A DNA stretch of 32,826 bases from Eubacteriaceae bacterium (GTDB lineage Bacteria > Bacillota > Clostridia > Eubacteriales > UBA1433): the NCBI GenBank assembly GCA_012797825.1, contig JAAZOI010000036.1:1-32826 (forward strand). Reading direction: 5' to 3'. This document shows, in pieces, positions 17,397-26,948 of the stretch. A model generated the notes under the pieces. The model was not told the origin of the DNA. It ran no database searches and saw only the letters and a list, made by a program, of their open reading frames with translations. Positions within the stretch are counted from its first letter, which is position 1. Each line of letters begins with the position of its first letter. A program made the position numbers and the translations under genes.

Positions 17397-17909
17397 TTAT
17401 TTTTGCTCTTCTGTCTCGTCAACTTCTTCGTTTTCTTCATCATCATCATTATCATATAATACGGGCTGTGTAAAATCGGCTTTTTGAGTGTAAAGAATTC
17501 CTTCCAAATGGTCAGTCTCGTGGCAGAAAATTCTTGCCAAGTGGCCGCTTGCTTCAATGGTTAATTCTTGTCCGTTTTCATCTGTCGCTTTTAGAGTAAC
17601 GTTTAAGGGTCTTTTTACCGACATATGCTTTCCGGGTATGCTCAGGCATCCTTCATATGCAATTTCTTCCCCGTCTGAAGATATAATCTGCGGATTTACA
17701 AGTCTGTATACAGCGTCATTATAATGTACTACAATAAGCCTTTTCAAAACTCCAACCTGCACCGCTGCAAGTCCCACCCCTTTATGCGACTCTAAAGTCT
17801 CTTCCATATCGTCAAACAACTGCTTTATTCTGTCTGTTACTTCACTTACATATTTTGATTTTTTATATAAAATCTCATCTTCTTCTGTTCTTACAAATCT
17901 TAATGCCAT
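17397..17909 (-). CDS. def: peptide deformylase with acidic C-terminal tail
   Basis: The three Def motifs GVGLAAVQVG, EGCLSIPG and HETDHLEG. The C-terminus is DNDDDEENEEVDETEEQK. Confidence 0.95.
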   Translation of the reverse strand: MALRFVRTEEDEILYKKSKYVSEVTDRIKQLFDDMEETLESHKGVGLAAVQVGVLKRLIVVHYNDAVYRLVNPQIISSDGEEIAYEGCLSIPGKHMSVKRPLNVTLKATDENGQELTIEASGHLARIFCHETDHLEGILYTQKADFTQPVLYDNDDDEENEEVDETEEQK

Positions 17910-17914
17910 TTACG

Positions 17915-20149
17915 TTATACTCCCGAGTTTTTTTGCATGTATGCAATGATGTTATTTTTGTGTATTATATTATTATATACTATTTTCATTGTATTTTTAA
18001 TATTTTTTTCCGCGCTTGTCTTTACTATAACGTGGAATATGTATTTGCTGTTTATGTAAGACACTTCAGGTTTAGCGGGGCGGTATATTTTTATTAATCT
18101 GCATTGTTCGTCTTTTATTTTCTCTATTAAACTTTGTGCAAATTCATATGCTGTGTTTTTTGCCTTTTCTTCATTCTCGTCAAAGAAGTAAAATCCGTAC
18201 ATCTGGCTGAACGGAGGGTAACTGAGTTTCTTTCTGTATTTTATCTCATCGTTGTAAAAACTCTCATAATCATAGTTTTTTATATGTTTTATAACATAAT
18301 GGTCGGGGCTGTATGTTTGGATTATAACATCTCCGCCGCCTTTTTCTCTTCCGCATCTTCCCGCCGCCTGATAGGCAAGGCAAAATGCGCGAAACGACGA
18401 ATAAATATCGGGCATATTTAAAGCCATATCAGCAAGCACTACTCCAACAACGCTTACAAGCGGGAAATCAAATCCTTTCACTACCATCTGCGTCCCTATC
18501 AGTATATCCGCTTTATGATTTTTGAAATTATCGGTTATTTCGTCGAATGCGTACTTAGTGGTTGTTGTATCCTTATCCATCCTGATTATTCTTGCGTACG
18601 GAAATTTATTTGCAATTTCACTCTCTATTTTCTGAGTTCCGGTGCCCATATGACGTATTTTGTCGCTTCCGCACTCCGGGCAGTGGGTTTCTAAATCTTT
18701 TTCATATCCGCAGTAATGGCACATAAGTTTTTTTACATCTGAGTGATATGTAAGCGCGACATCGCACGAGGGGCATCTTTCAGAGTATCCGCATTTCCTG
18801 CAAAACACATAAGTATACATTCCCCTTCTGTTCAGAAAGAAAATTGCCTGTTCGCTTTTATCAAGCGCGTTTTGAATGCAATTTTCAAGAATTGATGAAA
18901 ACACGCTTCTGTTGCCGCTTTTCAGCTCTTGTCTCATATCAATTATATTAATATTCGGAAGCGCTCTGTTGAAAATTCTGTTAGGCAGCTTTAACAGCTT
19001 GTATTTGCCGCATACAGCATAATAATAACTTTCAATCAAAGGAGTGGCGGAACCCAAAACAAGTTTTGCGCCATATAGTTCCGATAAAAATTCAGCTACT
19101 TCTATGCTGTCATATCGAGGAGAGGATGTGGACTTATAACTTTCTTCATGGCACTCGTCCAATACAATAATCCCAAGATCTTTGTAGGGATAAAACAGAG
19201 CGCTCCGAGCTCCCAATGTGACTTTCGCTTCGCCTGATGCAATGCGTTTATACTGGTAATATCTTTCGCCTTCCGAAAGCCTGCTGTGAATAACGGCGCA
19301 ATCTCCGAATCTTTCTTTTATTCGCCCAACAGTCTGTGCGGTAAGCGCAATTTCCGGAAGCAGATACAGCGCCTGTTTTCCTTTGTCTATAGCGTCTTGT
19401 ATCATGTTGAGGTAAACCTCGGTTTTGCCGCTGCCCGTTATTCCGTGCAGTAAAAATTTATCTTTATCGCAATTATAATATTCATCCAAAACGTTCCTCT
19501 GCTCATCGGAAAGAATATTAGCGCTTTGCTTTTCTATATTATTTTTACCGTAATGCGTTTCATAAAATTCATTTTTATTTAATGTAATTAAATTTTTTTC
19601 CTGCAGTTTTTTTATAGTATCGCCGCTTATATTATTAATTCTTTTAAATTCATTTAAATCCTGAAAATCTTTGCCTAACAATTCAATTGCAAGCCTTTGC
19701 GAGCGTGCATTTGATTTTATGTCGCTTAAATATTCTTCTTTTGTTTTATATTTTCCGCTCAGACTAATGGTGGTTTTGTATTGTTCCTTGCCCTTTTTCC
19801 TTGCGAATTTTGGCAGCACGCAGCTAAACGCGTCGGAATAAGTGCAGAAATATTCTTCCCTTAAAAATTCGCATGTTTTTAACTGCGCGTAGGTAATAGG
19901 CATTGCGGGCTCAAAAATATCCGCCGCTTCTTTTAACACGATGTCTTTTTGAGCGTCATTTTTAACGCTCATTATAAAAGCTTCGCGCTTTTTATTGCTT
20001 TTGCCGAACGGAACCAACGCCATTTTACCCGCGCTTGCTTTCAGCGCAAGTTCAGCGGGCAGTATATAATCAAAAGTTCTGTCTAGAGCGGTTCCTTTTT
20101 CGTTAATTACCACTTCAACGATTTTTTCTTTTTTTACAGTTTCATTCAT
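17915..20149 (-). CDS. priA: primosomal replication restart helicase PriA
   Basis: Walker A GITGSGKTEV, DECHE, and a Cys-rich zinc region CRKCGY..CPSCD..CHYCGY..CPECGS. I prefer ATG 20149 (GGAG 6 nt upstream) to the track's TTG at 20161. Confidence 0.95.
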   Translation of the reverse strand: MNETVKKEKIVEVVINEKGTALDRTFDYILPAELALKASAGKMALVPFGKSNKKREAFIMSVKNDAQKDIVLKEAADIFEPAMPITYAQLKTCEFLREEYFCTYSDAFSCVLPKFARKKGKEQYKTTISLSGKYKTKEEYLSDIKSNARSQRLAIELLGKDFQDLNEFKRINNISGDTIKKLQEKNLITLNKNEFYETHYGKNNIEKQSANILSDEQRNVLDEYYNCDKDKFLLHGITGSGKTEVYLNMIQDAIDKGKQALYLLPEIALTAQTVGRIKERFGDCAVIHSRLSEGERYYQYKRIASGEAKVTLGARSALFYPYKDLGIIVLDECHEESYKSTSSPRYDSIEVAEFLSELYGAKLVLGSATPLIESYYYAVCGKYKLLKLPNRIFNRALPNINIIDMRQELKSGNRSVFSSILENCIQNALDKSEQAIFFLNRRGMYTYVFCRKCGYSERCPSCDVALTYHSDVKKLMCHYCGYEKDLETHCPECGSDKIRHMGTGTQKIESEIANKFPYARIIRMDKDTTTTKYAFDEITDNFKNHKADILIGTQMVVKGFDFPLVSVVGVVLADMALNMPDIYSSFRAFCLAYQAAGRCGREKGGGDVIIQTYSPDHYVIKHIKNYDYESFYNDEIKYRKKLSYPPFSQMYGFYFFDENEEKAKNTAYEFAQSLIEKIKDEQCRLIKIYRPAKPEVSYINSKYIFHVIVKTSAEKNIKNTMKIVYNNIIHKNNIIAYMQKNSGV

Positions 20150-20189
20150 TAACTGCTCCAAAGCGAATAAAATTATTAAACATCAGAAT

Positions 20190-20215
20190 AATGGCGTACT
20201 TTTAAGTACGCCGTT
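20190..20215 (-). terminator. GC-rich hairpin between rpoZ and priA (possible partial terminator or stabiliser)
   Basis: GGCGTACT (20193-20200) pairs perfectly with AGTACGCC (20205-20212) around a 4-nt loop, and flanking A-T/G-U pairs extend the stem. On the minus strand it is followed by AUUAUUCUGAUGUUUAAUAAUUUUAUU, which is U-rich but not a clean U-tract. Confidence 0.35.
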
Positions 20216-20219
20216 ATGT

Positions 20220-20417
20220 TTAGCTGTTTTTGTAATGATAGGTTATTTTATCCTCCATTATTTCGTCTACCGCAGTGCTTACAACGTTAAGCTCTTTTTT
20301 ATCAACCAGCGGCATCTCTCCGTTTATCAGCTCTCTCGCTCTGACGGAAGCCACATAAACCAAAGAATATTTGTTGTCAACTTTTCCTAAAAGTTCCACA
20401 ATTGACGGTTTTATCAT
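20220..20417 (-). CDS. rpoZ: DNA-directed RNA polymerase subunit omega
   Basis: 65 aa (...NKYSLVYVASVRARELI...). The start overlaps the gmk stop (ATGA), giving the conserved gmk-rpoZ pairing. Confidence 0.85.
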   Translation of the reverse strand: MIKPSIVELLGKVDNKYSLVYVASVRARELINGEMPLVDKKELNVVSTAVDEIMEDKITYHYKNS

Positions 20418-21025
20418 AAAGATTCCTCCTCTAAAATAAACTTATCTATAAAATCCATATTATATTTTATTTTTTTATCAAGCAGCTTTATTATCTCGTT
20501 AATTTCTTCTACCGCATCATCAATATTATCGTTTATAACAAGATAGTCATATTCATGCGCTGTCTTAATCTCTTTTACCGAGTTTTTAAGACGCAGTTGA
20601 AATTGTTCCTCAGTTTCTGATTTTCTGCCTTTAAGCCTTGATATCAACACTTCAAGTGACGGAGGCAGAACAAAAATCATTTCGCAGTCATGATATATTT
20701 TTTTTATCTGCATGCTTCCCTGCACATCAATTTCCAGTATAACGTTATTGCCTTTTTCAAGGTTATCAAAAACAGGCTTTTTTAGCGTTCCGTAATAATT
20801 GCCGTGTACGCGGGCGTACTCAAGAAATTCATTGTTTTTTATTTTCTCGTTAAATTCATTTTCGCTTAAGAAAATATAATCATCGCACCCTTCCCCGTCT
20901 CTGGGCTTGCGCGTAGTAGCCGATATGGAAAGATAATTATTTTTATTATTAACAGCTCTTTTGCAAATAGTGCTTTTGCCTGCTCCGCTCGGACCCGATA
21001 CGACTAAAAGTTTGCCCTTAATCAT
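20414..21025 (-). CDS. gmk: guanylate kinase
   Basis: P-loop [10 protein letters not shown] prefer the start at ATG 21025 ([19 protein letters not shown]), which has AAAGGTGA 5 nt upstream. It overlaps the remA end by 8 nt (ATGATTAA). The track start at 21052 is an upstream TTG. Confidence 0.95.
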   Translation of the reverse strand: MIKGKLLVVSGPSGAGKSTICKRAVNNKNNYLSISATTRKPRDGEGCDDYIFLSENEFNEKIKNNEFLEYARVHGNYYGTLKKPVFDNLEKGNNVILEIDVQGSMQIKKIYHDCEMIFVLPPSLEVLISRLKGRKSETEEQFQLRLKNSVKEIKTAHEYDYLVINDNIDDAVEEINEIIKLLDKKIKYNMDFIDKFILEEESL

Positions 21026-21266
21026 TTTTATCACCTTTGACATTTCTTGCAATTATTGTCTCGGGCATAACTGCGGAAAGTATTATATCATGATTTTCCA
21101 TAATTATCACTGCGCGCGTTTTGCGTCCTTGTGTGGCGTCAATTAAATTACCGTTTTTTTTCGCTTCGCTTATTATACGCCTTACAGGCGCAGATTCAGG
21201 GGATATTATCGCTATTACCTTGTCATAACTCGTAAGGTTGCCGAATCCTATGTTTAAAAAATTCAT
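21018..21266 (-). CDS. remA: RemA / DUF370 family regulator
   Basis: [56 protein letters not shown]...ILSAV.PETI closely follows the RemA (YlzA) pattern. It lies in the conserved yicC-remA-gmk-rpoZ block. Confidence 0.85.
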   Translation of the reverse strand: MNFLNIGFGNLTSYDKVIAIISPESAPVRRIISEAKKNGNLIDATQGRKTRAVIIMENHDIILSAVMPETIIARNVKGDKND

Positions 21267-21274
21267 ATTAATAC

Positions 21275-22150
21275 CTATTCTATGTTCTGCACTTGTTCTC
21301 TTATTTTCTCAATGTCGCTTTTAATTTCAACAACAGTCATGCTTATGCTTGCGCTGTTGGATTTTGATGCAATAGTATTTGCTTCCCTGTTCATTTCCTG
21401 CAATATAAAATCAAGTTTTCTGCCAATATCCACATCATCATAAATAGTCTTTTCCAAAGCTTTTAGGTGGCTTTTAAGTCTTGTAATTTCTTCGTCGATT
21501 GCCGCTCTGTCCGCAAGAAATGCAATTTCGGCTGCAAGTCTGTTTGAGTCAATTTCTTTTATATTAAATCTGTTCAGCGCTTCTTTTATTTTAACTTCGC
21601 AGTTTGCGGGTATGCTGCCCGATTCTTCTTCAACTTTGCCCAGCAGTAATTTTATATTTTCATTTTTGCTTAATATATCTTTCTTTAATTGCTCTCCTTC
21701 AACCTGTCTTGCAGCGCACAGCATATCAAGCGCACAGTTTACTGCTGTTTGCACATACTGCCACAATTCTAAATATTTTTCGCTGTCCTCATCGCTTTTA
21801 ATAATATCCGAAAATTTAGCAATAGTGCTTACCTTAATGTCATTTTCAATATCATCAAACATAACCGATATTTGTTTTAAAATATCATAATACTGTTTTG
21901 CAAGCGATGAATCCATATATATATTTACAGGCCTGTCGGATAAGAATTTTATACCGATATATACTTCAATTCTTCCTCTTAAAATTCGCTGCGATATAGT
22001 TGTCCTCAATTTATCTTCAAAGCTGTTAAATTGTTTAGGTATTTTTATAAAAAAATCCCTGTATCTGTGGTTGACCGTTTTTATCTCGGCAATTATTGAA
22101 AACTTATCGTTTGAATATTCTCCTCTGCCGAACCCTGTCATGCTGTTCAT
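21275..22150 (-). CDS. yicC: YicC/YloC-family endoribonuclease
   Basis: [11 protein letters not shown]... N-terminus, C-terminal DUF1732-like ...[13 protein letters not shown]... 291 aa. Confidence 0.85.
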   Translation of the reverse strand: MNSMTGFGRGEYSNDKFSIIAEIKTVNHRYRDFFIKIPKQFNSFEDKLRTTISQRILRGRIEVYIGIKFLSDRPVNIYMDSSLAKQYYDILKQISVMFDDIENDIKVSTIAKFSDIIKSDEDSEKYLELWQYVQTAVNCALDMLCAARQVEGEQLKKDILSKNENIKLLLGKVEEESGSIPANCEVKIKEALNRFNIKEIDSNRLAAEIAFLADRAAIDEEITRLKSHLKALEKTIYDDVDIGRKLDFILQEMNREANTIASKSNSASISMTVVEIKSDIEKIREQVQNIE

Positions 22151-22166
22151 AATTTCTGCTCCTGCC

Positions 22167-23003
22167 TTATAAGTTTATCTCGCCGCGGAAAACCGCAGCC
22201 GCCTGCCCTGTCATAATAATATCATTATCCTGCGATATTTGTATTATCATATCGCCGCCGGGCATTTTAATGTTTATTTTATTTTTACATAAACTTTTTT
22301 TATTCAGAACCGCCGCTGTTGCGCAAGCGCCGCTGCCGCACGCCTGCGTGATGCCTACGCCTCTTTCGTATGTTATTAATTCAACGTTATCATCGGCATT
22401 AATTTTAACGAAATTCACGTTTACTTTTTGCGGAAACATTTCATTATCCTGAAGTGACGAGCCTATTTTTTCAATATATCTTAAATCAAAATTATCAACT
22501 ATAATAACCGCGTGCGGATTAGGCATCGCCAATGCCGATAACTTTATTTCTTCACCATCTATATTAAGACGGATATCTAACGGCGATTCATTTTCTGTTT
22601 TAACGGGTATTTTGCTTTTATCAAATTCAGCTTTGCCCATATTAACGCTTATTAAATCTGCCTTATTTTTATCATCCGTCTTTGTTATTTCACAATTATA
22701 TATTTTATCACATGACTGTATTGTCAGCTTATTGTTCTTTATAATGCCGTTATCATATACGTATTTTGCAGTGCATCTAAGCCCGTTTCCGCAAACCTGC
22801 GCAATGCTGCCGTCACAGTTGTAATAATCCATCGTTATATCCGCTGTATTTGACAGTCGTATTAATATTAAACCGTCAGCGCCTATGCCGGCTTTGCGGT
22901 CGCATAAAAAAGCTGTTTGATTATAAGACAGTTTAATGTTATTATCGATGTTATCAATTACGATAAAATCGTTTTTTAACCCATGCATTTTGCAGAAATT
23001 CAT
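22167..23003 (-). CDS. dapF: diaminopimelate epimerase
   Basis: F.KMHGLKNDFIVID, with both catalytic Cys contexts (QVCGNGLRC and ACGSGACA). 278 aa. Confidence 0.9.
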   Translation of the reverse strand: MNFCKMHGLKNDFIVIDNIDNNIKLSYNQTAFLCDRKAGIGADGLILIRLSNTADITMDYYNCDGSIAQVCGNGLRCTAKYVYDNGIIKNNKLTIQSCDKIYNCEITKTDDKNKADLISVNMGKAEFDKSKIPVKTENESPLDIRLNIDGEEIKLSALAMPNPHAVIIVDNFDLRYIEKIGSSLQDNEMFPQKVNVNFVKINADDNVELITYERGVGITQACGSGACATAAVLNKKSLCKNKINIKMPGGDMIIQISQDNDIIMTGQAAAVFRGEINL

Positions 23004-23034
23004 ATCTGTTCCTAAATAATTTGATTTTCATTAC

Positions 23035-23043
23035 ATTATACCA
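23035..23043 (-). promoter_or_regulatory. extended -10 element (TGgTATAAT) upstream of dapF
   Basis: Read on the minus strand, TGGTATAAT is at 23043-23035, about 30 nt upstream of the dapF ATG. There is no good -35 (TTTATT at best). Confidence 0.4.
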
Positions 23044-23096
23044 TATAAATTTGCACTAATAAAACATTTAATAAAAATGATTTTATTTTATTTATA

Positions 23097-23105
23097 TGAT
23101 AGAAT
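23097..23105 (+). promoter_or_regulatory. extended -10 element (TGaTAGAAT) upstream of rqcH
   Basis: TGATAGAAT is at 23097-23105, 18 nt before the ATG at 23124. AGAGGTGAG SD is at 23111-23119. The -35 is weak. Confidence 0.35.
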
Positions 23106-23123
23106 GTTTTAGAGGTGAGATAA

Positions 23124-24824
23124 ATGCCTTTTGACGGTTTCATGACAGGTTATTTATGCTGTGAATTAAATGAATTATTAAAAGATGCAAAAATAAATAA
23201 AATATATCAAACATCAGCAAACGATATATTATTTGAAATATATGCCCCCGCTAAGGGAAACATACGTCTGAGAGTATGCGCAAACAGTAGTTTTTCGCAT
23301 ATATCTCTGACAAAATTATCGGAAGATAATCCTCTTAATCCGCCTGCATTCTGCATGCTTTTACGAAAGCATCTTCTGGGGGGCAAAGTAAAAGCAGTAA
23401 CGCAGAGCCTTCATGATAGAATTATTACTATTGAGATAGAGCAGCCTGACGAAATTGGGGATTTAAGAACAAGATATCTTATTATTGAGCTTACAGGCAG
23501 AAATTCCAATGTAATTATTACTGATGAAAATTTTATTATTATTGACTGCCTGAAAAAAATCGATGATTCTAAAAGTTCCGTCCGACATATTCTGCCTAAA
23601 CTTGAATACCTGCTTCCGCCTAGTGATAAGCTTAATCCTTACACAATGCGAAAAAGCCAGTTTATTAACGCGTTAAATTCTTCAGATTTACCTGCAGACA
23701 AAAGCATTGTAAGAATTATTGACGGCGCAAGCAATGCTTACGCTCAATATTTATTATCTGATACTATCAACAATGAGTCGGACCTATATGAGCGGATAGA
23801 AAATTCCCTTAATGCTCCGGATAAATATTATATTTTTGAAAAAAACGGTTTGTACAAAGATTTATATTTTGCGGATATATATCCGGATGATACATCAATA
23901 ATAAAAAATAAGTATATAAGTATTGTAGATTTATGCACCGAATATTATGATTTCTTAATAGAGAATAATAAATTAAACGATAAAACAACGTATTTAAAAT
24001 CGGTATTAAATCCGTTAATAAAGCGCGTAAGCGACAAAATAAATAAATTATCAAAAGAGCTCGCCCAATGTTCCGATAAAGAAAAATATAATCTTTACGG
24101 CCAGCTTTTATTAACTTACGGCTATGAAATTAAAACAGGCGCTTATTCATACGATGCGGTTGATATATTCGGCGGAGATAATAATATAATTAAAATCCCG
24201 CTTGATATTAACTTGACTGCTTATGAAAACGCCGAAAAATATTTTAAAAAATATAAAAAACTCAAGAATGCAGAAGAGCACATATCAAATCAAATTAATA
24301 TAGCATCAGATGAGATGAATTTTCTTAATGATCAGCTTTATTATGTAGGCGAATGCAAAACTGGTAAGGATGCTGAAGAAATAATTCAGCTTTTAACAGA
24401 GCAGGGATATATTAAAAATTCGCAGAATAAGAAAACACAGCCGGTATCAACACCTCATCATTTCATCTCTTCAGACGGTTTTGACATATATGTAGGAAAA
24501 AACGATAAACAAAACGAATACCTTACTCATAAATTTGCGAAAAAACAAGATATTTGGCTGCACACAAAAACAATTGCCGGCTCGCACGTAATAATTAAGA
24601 CAAATTCAAAGCAAGTGCCTAAAAATACAATACTTCAGGCAGCTCAGCTGAGCGCTTTTTTCTCAAAAGCCAGAAATTCTCAGAACGTGCCAGTAGATTA
24701 TACAAACATATCTTATGTGAGGAAAATAAGAAATGCGCCTTTGGGCAAAGTAACATACACTAATTATACAACTTTGTATGTAACCCCGGACGAAAGCATG
24801 ATAAAATCATTAAAGACAACTTAA
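23124..24824 (+). CDS. rqcH: ribosome quality control factor RqcH (NFACT family; formerly fibronectin-binding protein A-like, YloA)
   Basis: MPFDGFM... NFACT-N start, a central coiled-coil, and a C-terminal NFACT-R/DUF814-like DIWLHTKTIAGSHVII. 566 aa. Confidence 0.85.
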   Translation: MPFDGFMTGYLCCELNELLKDAKINKIYQTSANDILFEIYAPAKGNIRLRVCANSSFSHISLTKLSEDNPLNPPAFCMLLRKHLLGGKVKAVTQSLHDRIITIEIEQPDEIGDLRTRYLIIELTGRNSNVIITDENFIIIDCLKKIDDSKSSVRHILPKLEYLLPPSDKLNPYTMRKSQFINALNSSDLPADKSIVRIIDGASNAYAQYLLSDTINNESDLYERIENSLNAPDKYYIFEKNGLYKDLYFADIYPDDTSIIKNKYISIVDLCTEYYDFLIENNKLNDKTTYLKSVLNPLIKRVSDKINKLSKELAQCSDKEKYNLYGQLLLTYGYEIKTGAYSYDAVDIFGGDNNIIKIPLDINLTAYENAEKYFKKYKKLKNAEEHISNQINIASDEMNFLNDQLYYVGECKTGKDAEEIIQLLTEQGYIKNSQNKKTQPVSTPHHFISSDGFDIYVGKNDKQNEYLTHKFAKKQDIWLHTKTIAGSHVIIKTNSKQVPKNTILQAAQLSAFFSKARNSQNVPVDYTNISYVRKIRNAPLGKVTYTNYTTLYVTPDESMIKSLKTT

Positions 24825-24840
24825 CAATCCCTTAATTTTA

Positions 24841-24869
24841 TTGACTTTTTTATAATAAAGGTTTAATAT
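24841..24869 (+). promoter_or_regulatory. sigma-A-type promoter for ktrB-ktrA (TTGACT-17-TAATAT)
   Basis: TTGACT is at 24841-24846 and TAATAT at 24864-24869, with a 17-nt spacer. TAAGGT SD lies 6 nt before the ATG at 24897. Confidence 0.5.
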
Positions 24870-24896
24870 GTCTTGAACAAAAATTAAGGTAAAAAT

Positions 24897-26243
24897 ATGA
24901 AAAAGATAGGTAAAAAATATATTTCTCCGGCAAAACTGCTGGCTTCAGGTTTTATGGCGATAATTTTAACAGGCGGAATACTTTTATGTCTGCCTATATC
25001 TTCAAGCACACATACATACACTCATATTTTGGACTGTATTTTCACCGCTACGTCCGCAGTATGCGTAACAGGTCTTGTCGTTGTTGATACCGGAACGCAT
25101 TGGTCAACTTTCGGTCAGGTTGTTATTATATGCTTAATTCAAATAGGCGGTATAGGCTTTATGAGCCTTGCAACATTTATTTTTCTTATCGCGAGAAAAA
25201 GAATATCCATGCAAAGCAGAATAGTGCTAAAAGATTCATATAACCTTTCCCAGACAGGCGGCATAGTAAGAATTGCTAAGCACGTGCTGATTTTTACTTT
25301 TACAACCGAGCTTATCGGAGCGCTTTTATCAATGATTACTTTTGTTCCGCGCTTCGGGCTTGTAAAAGGTATAGGAGTAAGCGTATTTCATTCAATAGCG
25401 TCTTTCTGCAACGCCGGCTTTGATGTCTTAGGCAATTACAACAGTCTTACCGAGTATGCTGCAAATCCTTTTATACTCATAGTAACGTCAATGTTAATAA
25501 TAATAGGCGGACTTGGATTTTTTGTAATAGAGGACATAGCTTCAATGCGTAAAGGCCCAAGAACTCTTTCATTCCATACAAAATTAGTTTTATCAACTAC
25601 TTTAGCTTTAATATTTTTCGGCGCTTTGATAATATTTATTTTTGAGTATAATAACCCGCAAACCCTTGGCCCTTTAAGTTTACGGGATAAAATTGTGGAA
25701 TCATTTTTCAATTCTGTAACGCCTCGTACAGCGGGCTTTAACTCGCTTAATATGCTGTCTTTAACAAGCATTTCGGCGCTTACTATAATTATTTTAATGT
25801 TCGTCGGGGGCTCTCCGGGCTCTACCGCAGGCGGTATAAAAACCACTACAATTTCAGTATTATTAATAACTCTTTATTGCTGGATAAGAGGCAAAGATAA
25901 CATAGAAGTGTTTCACAGAAGAATAGGGTTTAATAGCTTAAAAAAATCCATAACAATAACAACTATAACAGTACTGCTCATATTGTTTGATATATTTATT
26001 TTATCATACACGGAAAACGGAACATTGCGTCAAATAGCATTCGAGGTATTTTCAGCTTTCGGCACAGTCGGGCTTACCATGAATTTTACGCCGGAATTAT
26101 CAGCAATAGGAAAAATTATTATAATTACAGCTATGTATATAGGACGTCTGGGACCGCTTACAATAGCGCTTGCATTATCGAAAGAATCAACAAATGCCGA
26201 CGGCAAATATCAATATCCCGAAGGCGATATATTATTAGGTTAG
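24897..26243 (+). CDS. ktrB: Ktr/Trk-type potassium uptake membrane subunit
   Basis: 448 aa polytopic protein with four repeated pore-loop glycine motifs (SAVCVTGL, SFCNAGF, PRTAGFNS, AFGTVGLT) typical of TrkH/KtrB. Confidence 0.9.
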   Translation: MKKIGKKYISPAKLLASGFMAIILTGGILLCLPISSSTHTYTHILDCIFTATSAVCVTGLVVVDTGTHWSTFGQVVIICLIQIGGIGFMSLATFIFLIARKRISMQSRIVLKDSYNLSQTGGIVRIAKHVLIFTFTTELIGALLSMITFVPRFGLVKGIGVSVFHSIASFCNAGFDVLGNYNSLTEYAANPFILIVTSMLIIIGGLGFFVIEDIASMRKGPRTLSFHTKLVLSTTLALIFFGALIIFIFEYNNPQTLGPLSLRDKIVESFFNSVTPRTAGFNSLNMLSLTSISALTIIILMFVGGSPGSTAGGIKTTTISVLLITLYCWIRGKDNIEVFHRRIGFNSLKKSITITTITVLLILFDIFILSYTENGTLRQIAFEVFSAFGTVGLTMNFTPELSAIGKIIIITAMYIGRLGPLTIALALSKESTNADGKYQYPEGDILLG

Positions 26244-26253
26244 GAGAATATAT

Positions 26254-26901
26254 ATGAAAAAACAATTCGCTGTAATAGGACTTGGAAGATTCGGCATAAG
26301 CCTTGCGAAGGAACTTTATAAAGCAGGCAATGATGTTTATGCAATAGATACAAATGAAGAACTGGTAAAAAAGATCGCCGCTGATGTCACATACGCCGTC
26401 CAAGCTGACGGCACTGATATAAACGCGTTAAAATCACTGGGAATAAGAAACATTGACGTATTGATAATAGCGCTTGCAAGCAATATAAGCGCCTCGCTGT
26501 TAACTGCTCTTAACGCGATTGAACTCGGTATACCTAAAATTTACGCAAAAGCTTATTCTGAACCTCACGCTAAAATATTATATAAAATAGGCGTTGCCAA
26601 AGTTTATTTCCCTGAAATTGATATGGGGCAGCGCGTCGCCAGAGAACTTTGCAACAGCAATTTGCTTGATTTAATTGAGCTCGACAACAATTATTCAATA
26701 GCAGAAATAATAGCCCCGCAGGCGTGGGCAGGCAAAACCATCGCGCAGCTTAATGTAAGGAAAAAATACGGAATAACAATTCTTCTTATAAAAAGCAAAG
26801 ACGGTATAGACATTTCCCCTTCTCCGGAAGATGTGATAAGCGAACAAAGTAAATTGCTGGTTTTAGGAGAAGAAGAACAAATTCAAAAATTCTGCATTTA
26901 A
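26254..26901 (+). CDS. ktrA: Ktr/Trk potassium uptake regulatory subunit (RCK_N + RCK_C)
   Basis: MKKQFAVIGLGRFG Rossmann GxGxxG, 215 aa, 10 nt downstream of ktrB. Confidence 0.9.
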   Translation: MKKQFAVIGLGRFGISLAKELYKAGNDVYAIDTNEELVKKIAADVTYAVQADGTDINALKSLGIRNIDVLIIALASNISASLLTALNAIELGIPKIYAKAYSEPHAKILYKIGVAKVYFPEIDMGQRVARELCNSNLLDLIELDNNYSIAEIIAPQAWAGKTIAQLNVRKKYGITILLIKSKDGIDISPSPEDVISEQSKLLVLGEEEQIQKFCI

Positions 26902-26948
26902 TATAAATTTTCATTAATCCAATTTAAGCAATAACTTATGAGGTTGAT

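Noticed and set aside
21026-21052. Longer gmk N-terminus from the track start (TTG 21052), overlapping remA by 35 nt
   Set aside because: The extension (MQEMSKVIK) precedes the canonical start of guanylate kinases just before the P-loop. A good SD (AAAGGTGA) is correctly spaced for the ATG at 21025 only.
24825-24896. Looked for a c-di-AMP (ydaO/kimA-type) riboswitch upstream of ktrB, as found before some K+ transporter genes
   Set aside because: The intergenic region is only 72 nt and is already occupied by a TTGACT-17-TAATAT promoter and the SD. That riboswitch class needs well over 100 nt of structured leader.
25436-25846. 136-aa minus-strand ORF inside ktrB
   Set aside because: It is antisense to a well-supported membrane transporter gene. 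It has no SD or promoter and no recognisable motifs, so it is most simply a shadow frame.
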